From Macrostomum hystrix (Eukaryota; Animalia; Platyhelminthes): a stretch of 64,000 bases of DNA. Positions 1 to 13,279 of the stretch are shown piece after piece. Under the pieces are notes generated by a model that ran no database searches, was not told where the DNA came from, and was given only the letters and a program-made list of their open reading frames with translations. The stretch covers positions 4,340,001-4,404,000 of the forward strand of contig CATNEN010000008.1 of the NCBI GenBank assembly GCA_950097015.1. Reading direction: 5' to 3'. Within the stretch, counting starts at the first letter, position 1; every line of letters starts with the position of its first letter. The translations under genes were made by a program, and so were the position numbers.

Positions 1-745
1 AGAAGACTCGAGATTTGCCGTCTTAAACCAGAACTGCAGTTGCTATGCTCAAGTCTAATGGCGGCGTCACTTTGAGCACAATGCAGTCCTATTCTCGAAT
101 AATTATAAATCACAAATCACAGGAGGCAGTTTGACAAGTGCTCTTATAAACTTATCCTACACAAGTTACGAGTGATTTCGCCAGCATTTTAAGTTTAAAA
201 CACACTTATAAAATACGACAATGAAAACTCACCGATTCATTGTGCAATGTCGCATTGTCAACCAAGCAATCCTATTGACGGCGAGGAGTTAGATTTTCAT
301 GGGAGCACTGCACAACACGCCAGCTAGGAATGACTGCAAGGGTTTCGGCCCGATCTTGCCTGGCTCCAGTCGCAGGTATTAAGCTTGCAGCAATCAGCGC
401 CTACTGTATACATAGAAAGCAAAAAGGAGCATCAAGGGCTCAGTGTTGTCTCAGATAATACCTTTGCTTTCCTCTCTTCCTCCGCCTCTCTCTCTCTTTT
501 TTGGCCGGCCCCACAAAGCATTCGGTGTTCAGAGGAGGCTAAAATGCACAGACAAAAGGCCTTCACGGGAATTGGCAAAGTGTTCGCCAAAATCAATTTC
601 TGATGGGATAAGTTCGGGACCTCAGAGACACAGGCGGGATTTAAGCGGATTAGTGTACGATTCTTATTAACCCTTAATCTCCTTGTTCTAATTTAGATGA
701 TTTTGTCTGCGATCTGCTAATAGCATTCATGCAGTCACATGCAGT

Positions 746-1243
746 CAGCCAGTTTATCTCAGTCAGTTTATCTCAGTCAGTTTATCTCAGTCAGTTTATC
801 TCAGCTAGTTTATCTCAGTCAGTTTATCTCAGTCAGTTTATCTCAGCTAGTTTATCTCAGCTAGTTTATCTCAGCCAGTGTATCTCAGCCAGTTTATCTC
901 AGCCAGTTTATCTCAGCCAGTTTATCTCAGCCAGTTTATCTCAGCCAGTTTATCTCAGCTAGTGTATCTCAGCCAGTGTATCTCAGCCAGTTTATCTCAG
1001 CCAGTTTATCTCAGCCAGTTTATCTCAGCCAGTTTATCTCAGCTAGTTTATCTCAGTCAGTTTATCTCAGCCAGTTTATCTCAGCCAGTTTATCTCAGCT
1101 AGTGTATCTCAGCCAGTTTATCTCAGTCAGTTTATCTCAGCCAGTTTATCTCAGCCAGTTTATCTCAGTCAGTTTATCTCAGCCAGTTTATCTCAGCCAG
1201 TTTATCTCAGCCAGTTTATCTCAGCCAGTTCATCTCAGCCAGT
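746..1243. repeat. 14-bp minisatellite (AGTTTATCTCAGCC)n, about 35 copies
   Basis: Direct tandem periodicity. Confidence 0.95.
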
Positions 1244-1884
1244 GAATAACAATCAATCAAAAATAGAAGTCTTAGTCGTACAATTGTTTATGACAAACAG
1301 TTTTTCTAACTGACAGTTCAAACTAAAACTCGAACCAGTAATTGTTATTTGACAATTGTTTTCTTCCACTTTTTTCAGAATAGAAAAACGCTATCAATTG
1401 TCAATTTAGGACAATCAATCTTGATGCCACCAGTTTAGTGAAAGCAGCCATTAACCCATTCACTGATTTCGACATCATTGAACTGATGACACGGCTGATG
1501 CCACAGTCTTGGAGAATGTGACCCAATTAAAAAACGGGTTTTAAAGGAACTGCTTTGTAAGATTCGATAACTGCATTCCCAGATCCCAACAAAAGGAATC
1601 TGCGGACCTCAAACACCGCAGAAATTTCCAACCACCATCTCCCAAGCATTCCATTGTGACGTCTCGACATCTCGCTTTCCCATGATAGGCCTACACGACA
1701 GTTCTGACTGGTGTCCCTCGCTGCAGCTGTCCGTCAGTCAGTCTCATCTGGCAGTCTCTGATGTGGATGGCTTGATGGTGGATATAGATGAACAAGGCAG
1801 AGACGGATGGTCGTTTTATCATACTAAATTAGGATAAAAGCCTCTACAGTTGTAAATTCAATTCTAACTATAGCAGGTGAATTA

Positions 1885-2582
1885 CAGAGGGAGAGAAGAG
1901 AGGGAGAGAAGTAGAGAGGGAGAGAAATAGAGAGTGAGGGAAGTAGAGAGGGAGAGAAGTAGAGAGGGAGAAGTAGAGAGGGAGAGAAGTAGAGAGGGAG
2001 AGAAATAGAGAGTGAGGGAAGTAGAGAGGGAGAGAAGTAGAGAGGGAGAAGTAGAGAGGGAGAGAAGTAGAGAGGGAAAGAAGTAGAGAGGGAGAGAAGT
2101 AGAGAGTGAGGGATGTAGAGAGGGAGAGAAGTAGAGAGGGAAAGAAGTAGAGAGGGAGAGAGAAGTAGAGAGTGAGGGAAGTAGAGAGGGAGAGAAGTAG
2201 AGAGGGAGAGAGGCAGAGAGGGAGAGAAGTAGAGAGGGAGAGAAGCAGAGAGAGAGAGAAGTAGAGAGGGAGAGAAATAGAGAGAAATAAGTAGAGAGGG
2301 AGAGAAGTAGAGAGGGAGAGAAGTAGACAGGGAGAGAAGTAGACAGGGAGAGAAGTAGACAGGGAGAGAAGTAGACAGGGAGAGAAGTAGACAGGGAGAT
2401 AGTGACAGGGAGATAGTGACAGGGAGATAGTGACAGGGAGATAGTGACAGGGAGATAGTGACAGGGAGATAGTGACAGGGAGATAGTGACAGGGAGATAG
2501 TGACAGGGAGATAGTGACAGGGAGATAGTGACAGGGAGATAGTGACAGGGAGATAGTGACAGGGAGATAGTGACAGGGAGAG
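1885..2582. repeat. GA-rich minisatellite (AGAGGGAGAGAAGTAG-type) grading into 14-bp (GACAGGGAGATAGT)n
   Basis: Direct tandem periodicity. Confidence 0.93.
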
Positions 2583-4282
2583 ACGCAGAGAGGATGAGGG
2601 AAAGGGAAGGGAATAAATTAAGATAGAAGAGTTGAAGGCACGGATAACCATAGTCATAAGGACCTGTCCAGACCTGCAAAGCAATGCTCCCACAAAAGCT
2701 GCAAGTCCGCTTAGCCGCAAGAAGATGACGACAGCAAATCAAGACTGACAGTCGGAAGACAAGACAAGACAAGACAGTCTGACAGACGGACAGACAGGAC
2801 AGGGTCACTTGTCCTGCGGTCACACGGGGGCCACCTTCGCGCAAAACTATGCAGCAGAGAAAAAAGAAGAAGACGCGAGGAAATCTTTCGCTCTCCTCGG
2901 CCGCGAGCTCCGGCCACCGTCGCTTGACAACGCAGCGACGGCGCCCCCTCCCCCCCCCGCTGGGACCCGCGAGAAACAGCTGGCGACCAAAGAGAGCTAA
3001 AAAACTGGTGCCCATAGCAGCAGTTGCAGCAGATGTCGCTGCCTTGCCCTTCGCGGCCTAATTCCTCCAGTCTCTCCCCGTCCACTCTCTCTCTCTCTGT
3101 AGATTTCTCACTCATCTTTCGAATTGTGTCACGTGGGAATAACTGCCTGGTGTCTGTTGCTTACAACCACCCCACCCGCCTGTTCGCGCTATAGCCCATA
3201 TACAATGCAAGTTTGCCTCGCGGTTCAGTCACGAACCCCGGCCGTCGAACCGCTTTCCCCTCCGCACCACCCCGATCCGGCCGAAGGATTTCTGTCAGCG
3301 GGGGATCAGGTTGCTGAAGCTGCGGCCCATTCTTCTCCTAGCAAATTGCTTTCAGAGAGAGACAAGCTGGCAGACAGAACTAATAACAGCGCCTAGGCAC
3401 GTGTTACCCTCGCATCTTCACCAGAATATGCAACTTTGAAGGCAATTCTTGTAAACACGGGATTTCAAAGCGGCCCTCACTGCAAGACAACCTCCCCCCG
3501 CTCGGGGCCAGTCTAAAAAGGAAAAGGTGAGAAAAAGAAAGACTAAAAGAAAAAAAAGATGGCTAAGGGTCAGTCTGTCTTGCGTGTAATTAAGGCCGCC
3601 AATTTTCCTCAGATTTTGTCGAAGCGGAAAAATCGAATTAAGCTAAAAGAGAAGAAGAGAGGAGTCGGTAAGGGGGGTGGCAACTAAAAATTTGAGGGGA
3701 AAAATGGCTAAATGGTCAGGGGTCGACAAATTTACGAGGCTCGCCAAAGGAGGGATTTCTGTTTGGGAGCTGCAGAGCGGATTAAAGAAGTTTCTTAGAC
3801 CGTGGAAGCCTCCAATTAACTGGATCGTTTTATTTTCACTGAAAACATTGCAGCCGCAGTCGCGGTGGGGAGAAGGCAGAAGTGTGGGAGCAGTATAAAC
3901 AATGAGGCAAGCACGGGTGTAAGTATTCACTCAAGGTGTGGAAAGTTTAGCAAAAATATTCGTTCGCTGCTGGCTAGCGCTTTCGGCAGTAAAAACTTAC
4001 AGATTTACGATGGGAAAACATTGCAATTCGATCAGTTGCATGAAAATACAGTTAGTATTGCAGACTGGATGAAAACTCACAATGCACGCTGATAACTTTG
4101 TTGCTATGAAATTTTAAGAGTTGAAAAAACTAAAATTGACTTCAGATTTAAGTTTATGTCAATCACGAAACCCTGAGTTAGCTTGGTTCAACAAATTTCT
4201 ATACTGATTTCAAAACTTTGTATTACTAAATTGGCACAAATACAATCACAAAACGGAACAAATTGTGCTAAATTTTCGATTA

Positions 4283-5870
4283 CAAAATGGCATCATTTCC
4301 AACCACAAAATGGCATCATTTCCAACCACAAAATTGCATCATTTCCAACCACAAAATTGCATCATTTCCAACCACAAAATGGCATCATTTCCAACCACAA
4401 AATTTCATCATTTCCAACCACAAAATGGCATCATTTCCAACCACAAAATGGCATCACTTCCAACCACAAAACGGCATCATTTCCAACCACAAAATGGCAT
4501 CACTTCCAACCACAAAATTGCATCATTTCCAACCACAAAATGGCATCATTTCCAACCACAAAATTGCATCATTTCCAACCACAAAATGGCATCACTTCCA
4601 ACCACAAAATGGCATCACTTCCAACCACAAAATTGCATCATTTCCAACCACAAAATGGCATCATTTCCAACCACAAAATGGCATCACTTCCAACCACAAA
4701 ATGGCATCATTTCCAACCACAAAATGGCATCACTTCCAACCACAAAATGGCATCATTTCCAACCACAAAATGGCATCACTTCCAACGACAAAATGGCATC
4801 AATTCCAACCACAAAATGGCGTATTTTCCTATCACAAAATGGCACAATGGCCTATCACAAAGTGGCTCGATTTCCGACCACAAAAAGACTAAATTTTCTA
4901 TTTAAAAATGGCACAACTTCCAATCTCAAAATGGCAAAATTTCTAATCTGAAAATGGCACAATTTCTTATCACAAAACGGCACAATTTCTTATCACAGAA
5001 TGGCACAATTTCCTATCACAAAATGGCACAATTTCTTAACACAAAATGGCACAATTTCCTATCACAAAATGGCACCATTTCTTATCACGAAATGGCACAA
5101 TTTATTAACAAAAAATGGCACAATTTCCTATCTCAAAATGGCACAATTTCTTAACACAAAATGGCACAATTTCCTATCACAAAATGGCACAATTTCTTAT
5201 CACAAATAGCACAACTTCCAATCTGAAAATGGAACAATTTCCTATCACAAAATGGCACAAATTCTTAACACAAAATAGCACAATTTCCTATCACAAAATG
5301 GCACAAATTCTTAACACAAAATGGCACAATTTCCTATCACAAAATGACACACTTTCCAATCTGAAAATGGCACAATTTCTTATCACAAAATGGCCCAATT
5401 TCTTAACACAAAATGGCACAATTTCCTATCACCAAATGGCACAATTTCTTATCACAAAATGGCACAATTTCCTATCACCAAATGGCACAATTTCTTATCA
5501 CAAAATGGCACAATTTCCTATCACCAAATGGCACAATTTCTTATCACAAAATGGCACAATTTCCTATCACCAAATGGCACAATTTCCTATCACCAAATGG
5601 CACAATTTCCTATCACCAAATGGCACAATTTCCTATCACAAAATGGCACAATTTCCTATCACCAAATGGCACAATTTCCTATCACCAAATGGCACAATTT
5701 CCTATCACAAAATGGCACAATTTCCTATCACAAAATGGCACAATTTCCTATCACAAAATGGCACAATTTCCTATCACCAAATGGCACAATTTCCTATCAC
5801 CAAATGGCACAATTTCCTATCACAAAATGGCACAATTTCCTATCACAAAATGGCACAACTTCCAATCTCA
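4283..5870. repeat. Bipartite 23-bp minisatellite: CAAAATGGCATCATTTCCAACCA then CAAAATGGCACAATTTCCTATCA
   Basis: Direct tandem periodicity, with a switch of unit type around 4810-4930. Confidence 0.95.
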
Positions 5871-6600
5871 AAATTAAATTAAATATTGGAAAAATATGTA
5901 TGATACGATAGATCCGTTCCATATTAGAGCACTCTAATTATCTCATACTTGGAATGTGTTTACCTGTTTGAAAAAAAACAATCATGAAAACTAAAAAGAA
6001 GATTAGCAATGTTCTCAAGTTAACTTGAACAGTTGAAGAATTCAGTGACCAAACAAGCACAGTTCAGACCATGCGGTGTCGAGGGTGTCAAGTGGACTGT
6101 CTGTCTTGAGAACACACGGACTCACAAATGACTGAGGCTAGACTCTTCCACAATGACCCGAACTGTAGGAATTCAAATTCAACAAAGACAAACAAAGACC
6201 TGTCACAACCCGTTCCGGACTCTATTGCCATTGCTGAGCTGGCTTCCAGTTGACAAGTGTTGCGCCATTTCAGTCTTGGTTGGGGACGATTCATTGGTGA
6301 AGAATTTGCCAGTCATATGGTCAAACTGAATCTCCCGGTTCATTGTTGGGTAATTCGGGGCCAAAGCTAGTCACTTCATATTTATGGTTTGGTGGGAGAC
6401 AAGCCTTCTAGTGGAAATTAGTGCCGGTAAATAATTTCAGTATAGACGCAACTAAAATAATATGCCAATATGGGAAGTCGTCAGTGAGAATCGTAATTAA
6501 AAGTAACTAATAGAGAGGCGGTGATAGAGTGCAGAGAAGGATAAGACTGTCAGACAGGTGAAAATACTGTATAGGACAAATTTACTGATTGAATGAGAGA

Positions 6601-7418
6601 AAAGAGAGGAGAGGAGAGGAGAGGAGAGGAGAGGAGAGGACAGGTGAGGAGAGGAGAGGAAAGGAGAGGACAGGTGAGGAGAGGAGAGGAGAGGAGATGA
6701 CAAGTGAGGAGAGGAGAGGAGAGGAGATGACAGGTGAGGAGAGGAGAGGAAAGGAGAGGACAGGTGAGGAGAGGAGAGGAAAGGAGAGGACAGGTGAGGA
6801 GAGGAGAGGAGAGGAGATGACAGGTGAGGAGAGGAGAGGAGAGGAGATGACAGGTGAGGAGGGGAGAGGAGAGGACAGGTGAGGTGAGGAGAGGAGAGGA
6901 GAGGAGAGGAGAGGAGAGGAGAGGAGAGGGGAGGAGAGGAGAGGTGAGGAGAGGTGAGGAGAGGAGAGGAGAGGAGAGGAGAGGAGAGGAGAGGAGAGGA
7001 GAGGGGAGGACAGGTGAGGAGAGGAGAGGAAAGGAGAGGACAGGTGAGGAGAGGAGAGGAGAGGGGAGGAGGGGAGAGGAGAGGAGAGGTGAGGAGAGGA
7101 GAGGAGAGGAGAGGAGAGGAGAGGAGAGGAGAGGGGAGGACAGGTGAGGAGAGGAGAGGAAAGGAGAGGACAGGTGAGGAGAGGAGAGGAGAGGAGATGA
7201 CAGGTGAGGAGGGGAGAGGAGAGGACAGGTGAGGTGAGGAGAGGAGAGGAGAGGAGAGGAGAGGAGAGGAGAGGAGAGGGGAGGACAGGTGAGGAGAGGA
7301 GAGGAAAGGAGAGGACAGGTGAGGAGAGGAGAGGAGAGGAGATGACAGGTGAGGAGAGGAGAGGAGAGGACAGGTGAGATGAGGAGAGTAGAGGAGAGGA
7401 AAGGAGAGGAGAGGAGAG
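6601..7418. repeat. (GGAGA)n pentamer with CAGGTGA interruptions
   Basis: Direct tandem periodicity. Confidence 0.95.
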
Positions 7419-8544
7419 AGAAGACCTGAGACCTGAAGCAGGGCAAGGCAAACAAAAGCGTCCATTGTGCAGATGAATAAAAATGAAAGCTGTCACACAA
7501 CAAGCTGCAGCAGTTCCCTAACCAGCAGAGCAGGGCCTAACAGCTCTCGCATCCAGGAGTAAAATAAAACAGAAAAAATCTGCCAGCCAAGCGGCCAGCG
7601 AACAGTAGCTAAGCTGTGATTGTTTTCATTCGATTTAAAGCCTGGTTACCTCGCAGTGTCAACAGTGGAGAAGCAGTGAGTTAGTGAGTTCTGAGAACTG
7701 TTTGGAGGGCCATATGGTGGGAGAGCGCGAATAATGTTGATTTTGTTTGCAAAGTTGCTGTCAGATTTCCCATAAGTATGAGCGCACGGACTCTGGAAAC
7801 TGGGTGGGTGTGTGCGTGTGGGATTCTGGACACCTTGGGCACACACTGAGGTGTTGCTATTTGGCATAATAAATTACAATTATGCCCGAAAAAAAAATTT
7901 TCTGAGAAAGTTTTGCACGAGCGGAGTTTGGAGATGAATTTTTCGCTTCAAAAGCTTTGATACATTCCGAGCTGCTGTGGTTGCTAAGCGGGGATAAATT
8001 TATCGTAACATTCATTCCGCTAATTATTGATTTTCAATAGGCAGCGGTGTGTTAAAATATTTCTCATTAAAATGAAACGGTTATTTCAAAACGGTTACTT
8101 CAATCTCTGCATGAGTACTTAAACGTTACTTGGATTGCCCAACAGTCCATGGACTGAACAAGCTGTACACAGTCTTTGGACTTGTTGCGTTAGAAATAAG
8201 AGAAATCTAAAGCGTTAATCAAACTTTAAAAGATTCCGTTAATTTTTATTAAACTCCAGATTTTTAAGCCTTAGAAAAAAGTGTCAATAAATGCATTAAT
8301 ATAAAAATAAGAATCGAGTCTCTATGCTCAAAACGCGAGTCTTGTTTGCTAAGACACCCGGCGCGCAATATAAGTAAGAACAATGATGAGAAGAATGCCG
8401 AGTGGCGAAATACAGTTAGCCCAGGCAGAGCAAACAGAATATCGTAGTCTGTTTGCCTATTTTATTTCTAAATAGAATCTTTTTTTACTATAGCTTCACA
8501 CTTTGTATACACTTGACACAGCACAGACAATCGACAAATAACGA

Positions 8545-11500
8545 TTAGCAACTAACGAATCGTGGACCTCGAGTAAATCGTTAATAACAACTAACAAATC
8601 GTGGACCGCGAGTAAATCGTTAATAACAACTAACGAATCGTGGACCTCGAGTAAATCGTTGATAGCAACTAACGAATCGTGGACCTCGAGTAAATCGTTG
8701 ATAGCAACTAACGAATCGTGGACCTCGAGTAAATCTTTGATAACAACTAACGAATCGTGGACCTCGAGTAAATCTTTGATAACAACTAACGAATTGTGGA
8801 CCTCGAGTAAATCGTTAATAACAACTAACGAATCCTGGACCTCGAGTAAATCTTTGATAACAACTAACGAATTGTGGACCTCGAGTAAATCGTTAATAAC
8901 AACTAACGAATCGTGGACCTCGAGTAAATCGTTAATAACAACTAACGAATCGTGGACCTCGAGCAAATCGTTAATATCAAATAACGAATTGTGGACCTCG
9001 AGTAAATCGTTAATAACAACTAACGAATCGTGGAACGCGAGTAAATCGTTGATAACAACTAACGAATCGTGGACCTCGAGTAAATCGTTGATAAAAACTA
9101 ACGAATCGTGGACCTCGAGTAAATCGCTGATAACAACTAACGAATCGTGGACCTCGAGTAAATCGTTGATAACAACTAACGAATTGTGGACCTCGAGTAA
9201 ATCGTTAATAACAACTAACGAATCGTGGACCTCGATTAAATCGTTGATAACAACTAACGAATCGTGGACCGCGAGTAAATCGTTGATAACAACTAACGAA
9301 TCGTGGACCTCGAGTAAATCGTTGATAAAAACTAACGAATCGTGGACCGCGAGTAAATCGTTAATAACAACTAACGAATCGTGGACCGCGAGTAAATCGT
9401 TGATAACAACTAACGAATCGTGGACCGCGAGTAAATCGTTGATAACAACTAACGAATCGTGGACCGCGAGTAAATCGTTGATAACAACTAACGAATCGTG
9501 GACCGCGAGTAAATCGTTGATAACAACTAACGAATCGTGGACCTCGAGTAAATCGTTGATAAAAACTAACGAATCGTGGACCTCGAGTAAATCGTTGATA
9601 AAAACTAACGAATCGTGGACCTCGAGTAAATCGCTGATAACAACTAACGAATCGTGGACCTCGATTAAATCGTTGATAACAACTAACGAATCGTGGACCG
9701 CGAGTAAATCGTTGATAACAACTAACGAATCGTGGACCTCGAGTAAATCGTTGATAACAACTAACGAATCGTGGACCGCGAGTAAATCGTTGATAACAAC
9801 TAACGAATCGTGGACCGCGAGTAAATCGTTGATAACAACTAACGAATCGTGGACCGCGAGTAAATCGTTGATAACAACTAACGAATCGTGGACCGCGAGT
9901 AAATCGTTGATAACAACTAACGAATCGTGGACCGCGAGTAAATCGTTGATAACAACTAACGAATCGTGGACCTAAAGTAAATCGTTGATAACAACTAACG
10001 AATTGTGGACCTAAATTAAATCGTTAAAAACATACAACGAATCGTAGACCTAAAGTAAATCGTTAATAACAACTAACGAATCGTGGACGCGAGTAAATCG
10101 TTATTAACAACTAACGAATCGTGGACCTCGAGTAAATCGTTGATAACAACTAACGAATTGTGGACCTCGAGTAAATCGTTAATAACAACTAACGAATCGT
10201 GGACCGCGAGTAAATCGTTAATAACAACTAACGAATCGTGGACCGCGAGTAAATCGTTGATAGCAACTAACGAATCGTGGACCGCGAGTAAATCGTTCAT
10301 AACAACTAACGAATCGTGGACCGCGAGTAAAGCGTTAATAACAACTAACGAATCGTGGACCGCGAGTAAATCGTTTATAACAACTAACGAATCGTGGACC
10401 TCGAGTAAATCTTTGATAACAACTAACGAATCGTGGACCTAAAGTAAATCGTTGATAAAAACTAACGAATCGTGGACCTAAAGTAAATCGTTAATAACAA
10501 CTAACGAATCCTGGACCTCGAGTAAATCTTTGATAACAACTAACGAATTGTGGACCTCGAGTAAATCGTTAATAACAACTAACGAATCGTGGACCTCGAG
10601 TAAATCGTTAATAACAACTAACGAATCGTGGACCTCGAGCAAATCGTTAATATCAAATAACGAATTGTGGACCTCGAGTAAATCGTTAATAACAACTAAC
10701 GAATCGTGGAACGCGAGTAAATCGTTGATAACAACTAACGAATCGTGGACCTCGAGTAAATCGTTGATAAAAACTAACGAATCGTGGACCTCGAGTAAAT
10801 CGCTGATAACAACTAACGAATCGTGGACCTCGATTAAATCGTTGATAACAACTAACGAATCGTGGACCGCGAGTAAATCGTTGATAACAACTAACGAATC
10901 GTGGACCTCGAGTAAATCGTTGATAACAACTAACGAATCGTGGACCGCGAGTAAATCGTTGATAACAACTAACGAATCGTGGACCTCGAGTAAATCGTTG
11001 ATAACAACTAACGAATCGTGGACCTCGAGTAAATCGTTGATAACAACTAACGAATCGTGGACCGCGAGTAAATCGTTGATAACAACTAACGAATCGTGGA
11101 CCTCGAGTAAATCGCTGATAACAACTAACGAATCGTGGACCTCGAGTAAATCGTTGATAACAACTAACGAATCGTGGACCTAAAGTAAATCGTTGATAAC
11201 AACTAACGAATCGTGGACCTAAAGTAAATCGTTAATAACAACTAACGAATCGTGGACCAAAATTAAATCGTTAACAACATACAACGAATCGTAGACCTAA
11301 AGTAAATCGTTAATAACAACTAACGAATCGTGGACGCGAGTAAATCGTTATTAACAACTAATGAATCGTGGACCTCGAGTAAATCGTTAATAACAACTAA
11401 CGAATCGTGGACCGCGAGTAAATCGTTGATAAAAACTAACGAATCGTGGACCGCGAGTAAATCGTTGATAACAACTAACGAATCGTGGACCTCGAGTAAA

Positions 11501-12780
11501 TCGTTCATAACAACTAACGAATCGTGGACCGCGAGTAAATCGTTGATAACAACTAACGAATCGTGGACCTCGAGTAAATCGTTAATAACAACTAACGAAT
11601 CGTGGACCTCGAGTAAATCGTTGATAACAACTAACGAATCGTGGACCTCGAGTAAATCGTTGATAAAAACTAACGAATCGTGGACCTCGAGTAAATCTTT
11701 AATAACAACTAACGAATCGTTGACCTAGAGTAAATCGTTAATAACAACTAACGAATCGTTGACCTAGAGTAAATCGTTAATAACAACTAACGAATTGTGG
11801 ACCTCGAGTAAATCGTTAATAACAACTAACGAATCGTGGACCTCGAGTAAATCGTTGATAAAAACTAACGAATCGTGGACCTCGAGTAAATCTTTAATAA
11901 CAACTAACGAATCGTTGACCTAGAGTAAATCGTTAATAACAACTAACGAATCGTGGACCTCGAGTAAATCGTTGATAACAACTAACGATTCGTGGACCTC
12001 GAGTAAATCGTTGATAACAACTAACGAATCGTGGACCTCGAGTAAATCGTTAATAACAACTAACGAATCGTGGACCTCGAGTAAATCGTTAATAACAACT
12101 AACGAATCGTGGACCTCGAGTAAATCGTTGATAAAAACTAACGAATCGTGGACCTCGAGTAAATCGTTAATAACAACTAACGAATCGTTGACCTAGAGTA
12201 AATCGTTAATAACAACTAACGAATCGTGGACCTCGAGTAAATCGTTGATAACAACTAACGAATTGTGGACCTCGAGTAAATCTTTAATAACAACTAACGA
12301 ATCGTTGACCTAGAGTAAATCGTTAATAACAACTAACGAATCGTGGACCTCGAGTAAATCGTTGATAACAACTAACGAATTGTGGACCTCGAGTAAATCG
12401 TTAATAACAACTAACGAATCGTGGACCTCGAGTAAATCGTTAATAACAACTAAAGAATCGTGGACCTCGAGTAAATCGTTGATAACAACTAACGAATTGT
12501 GGACCTCGAGTAAATCGTTAATAACAACTAACGAATCGTGGACCTCGAGTAAATCGTTAATAACAACTAACGAATCGTGGACCTCGAGTAAATCGTTGAT
12601 AACAACTAACGAATCGTGGACCTCGAGTAAATCGTTAATAACAACTAACGAATTGTGGACCTCGAGTAAATCGTTAATAACAACTAACGAATCGTTGACC
12701 TAGAGTAAATCGTTAATAACAACTAACGAATTGTGGACCTCGAGTAAATCGTTGATAAAAACTAACGAATCGTGGACCTC
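8545..12780. repeat. 39-bp CpG-rich satellite GAGTAAATCGTTGATAACAACTAACGAATCGTGGACCTC, about 109 copies
   Basis: Direct tandem periodicity, 13-aa periodic ORFs broken by stop codons. Confidence 0.97.
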
Positions 12781-13279
12781 TAAAAAAGTAAAAAACGAAT
12801 TAGGCTTTGTTAGTAAAGAAATTAGGCGAGTTTAAACTTTCCGACGTAGCAAACGAACTAAAAAGTTTTGCTTTGCAAAATAAAAAGTTAACGTAAGTTC
12901 AACGGCGAAGGTAACCGCTATGCGGCGATTCGAAATTAGAAGTTTAGAGAAGTACAAACCTGGCGTATCTCAGTCGCTGCTGTTCGATTGCGCGCAATTT
13001 GGCGACATTTCATAATTTGAACGCAGATCCCGCTTCTTTATAAAAAAAAACTCTCGAAATGTTAGCTACGGTGCATTTGAAACTAAGCTACGAGTTAAAA
13101 ACTGCGCCAAAATTCGCATTCAGAATTTTCTAGATAAAACACTCGACTGCCTACTGATAGTAGAATTATTTGCATTCGTCTTCTTTCCACTAAATTAGAC
13201 ATATAATTAAAAAATAGTAGCCTTTGGAAAAATAGGGTTATGATATTAAATGTGATCAGACAATGGCTTTCAGGTTGAT

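Noticed and set aside
1824-3115. 298-377-aa minus-strand ORFs
   Set aside because: They consist mostly of CT-repeat translation, and the unique parts gave no recognisable domain or consistent exon chain.
8496-12703. S/T-rich, NES-sequon-containing repeat ORFs as a mucin-like gene
   Set aside because: Recurrent unit variants (CCTAAAG, CCTAGAG) introduce in-frame stops, and there is no signal peptide or splice structure. It is a satellite by-product.
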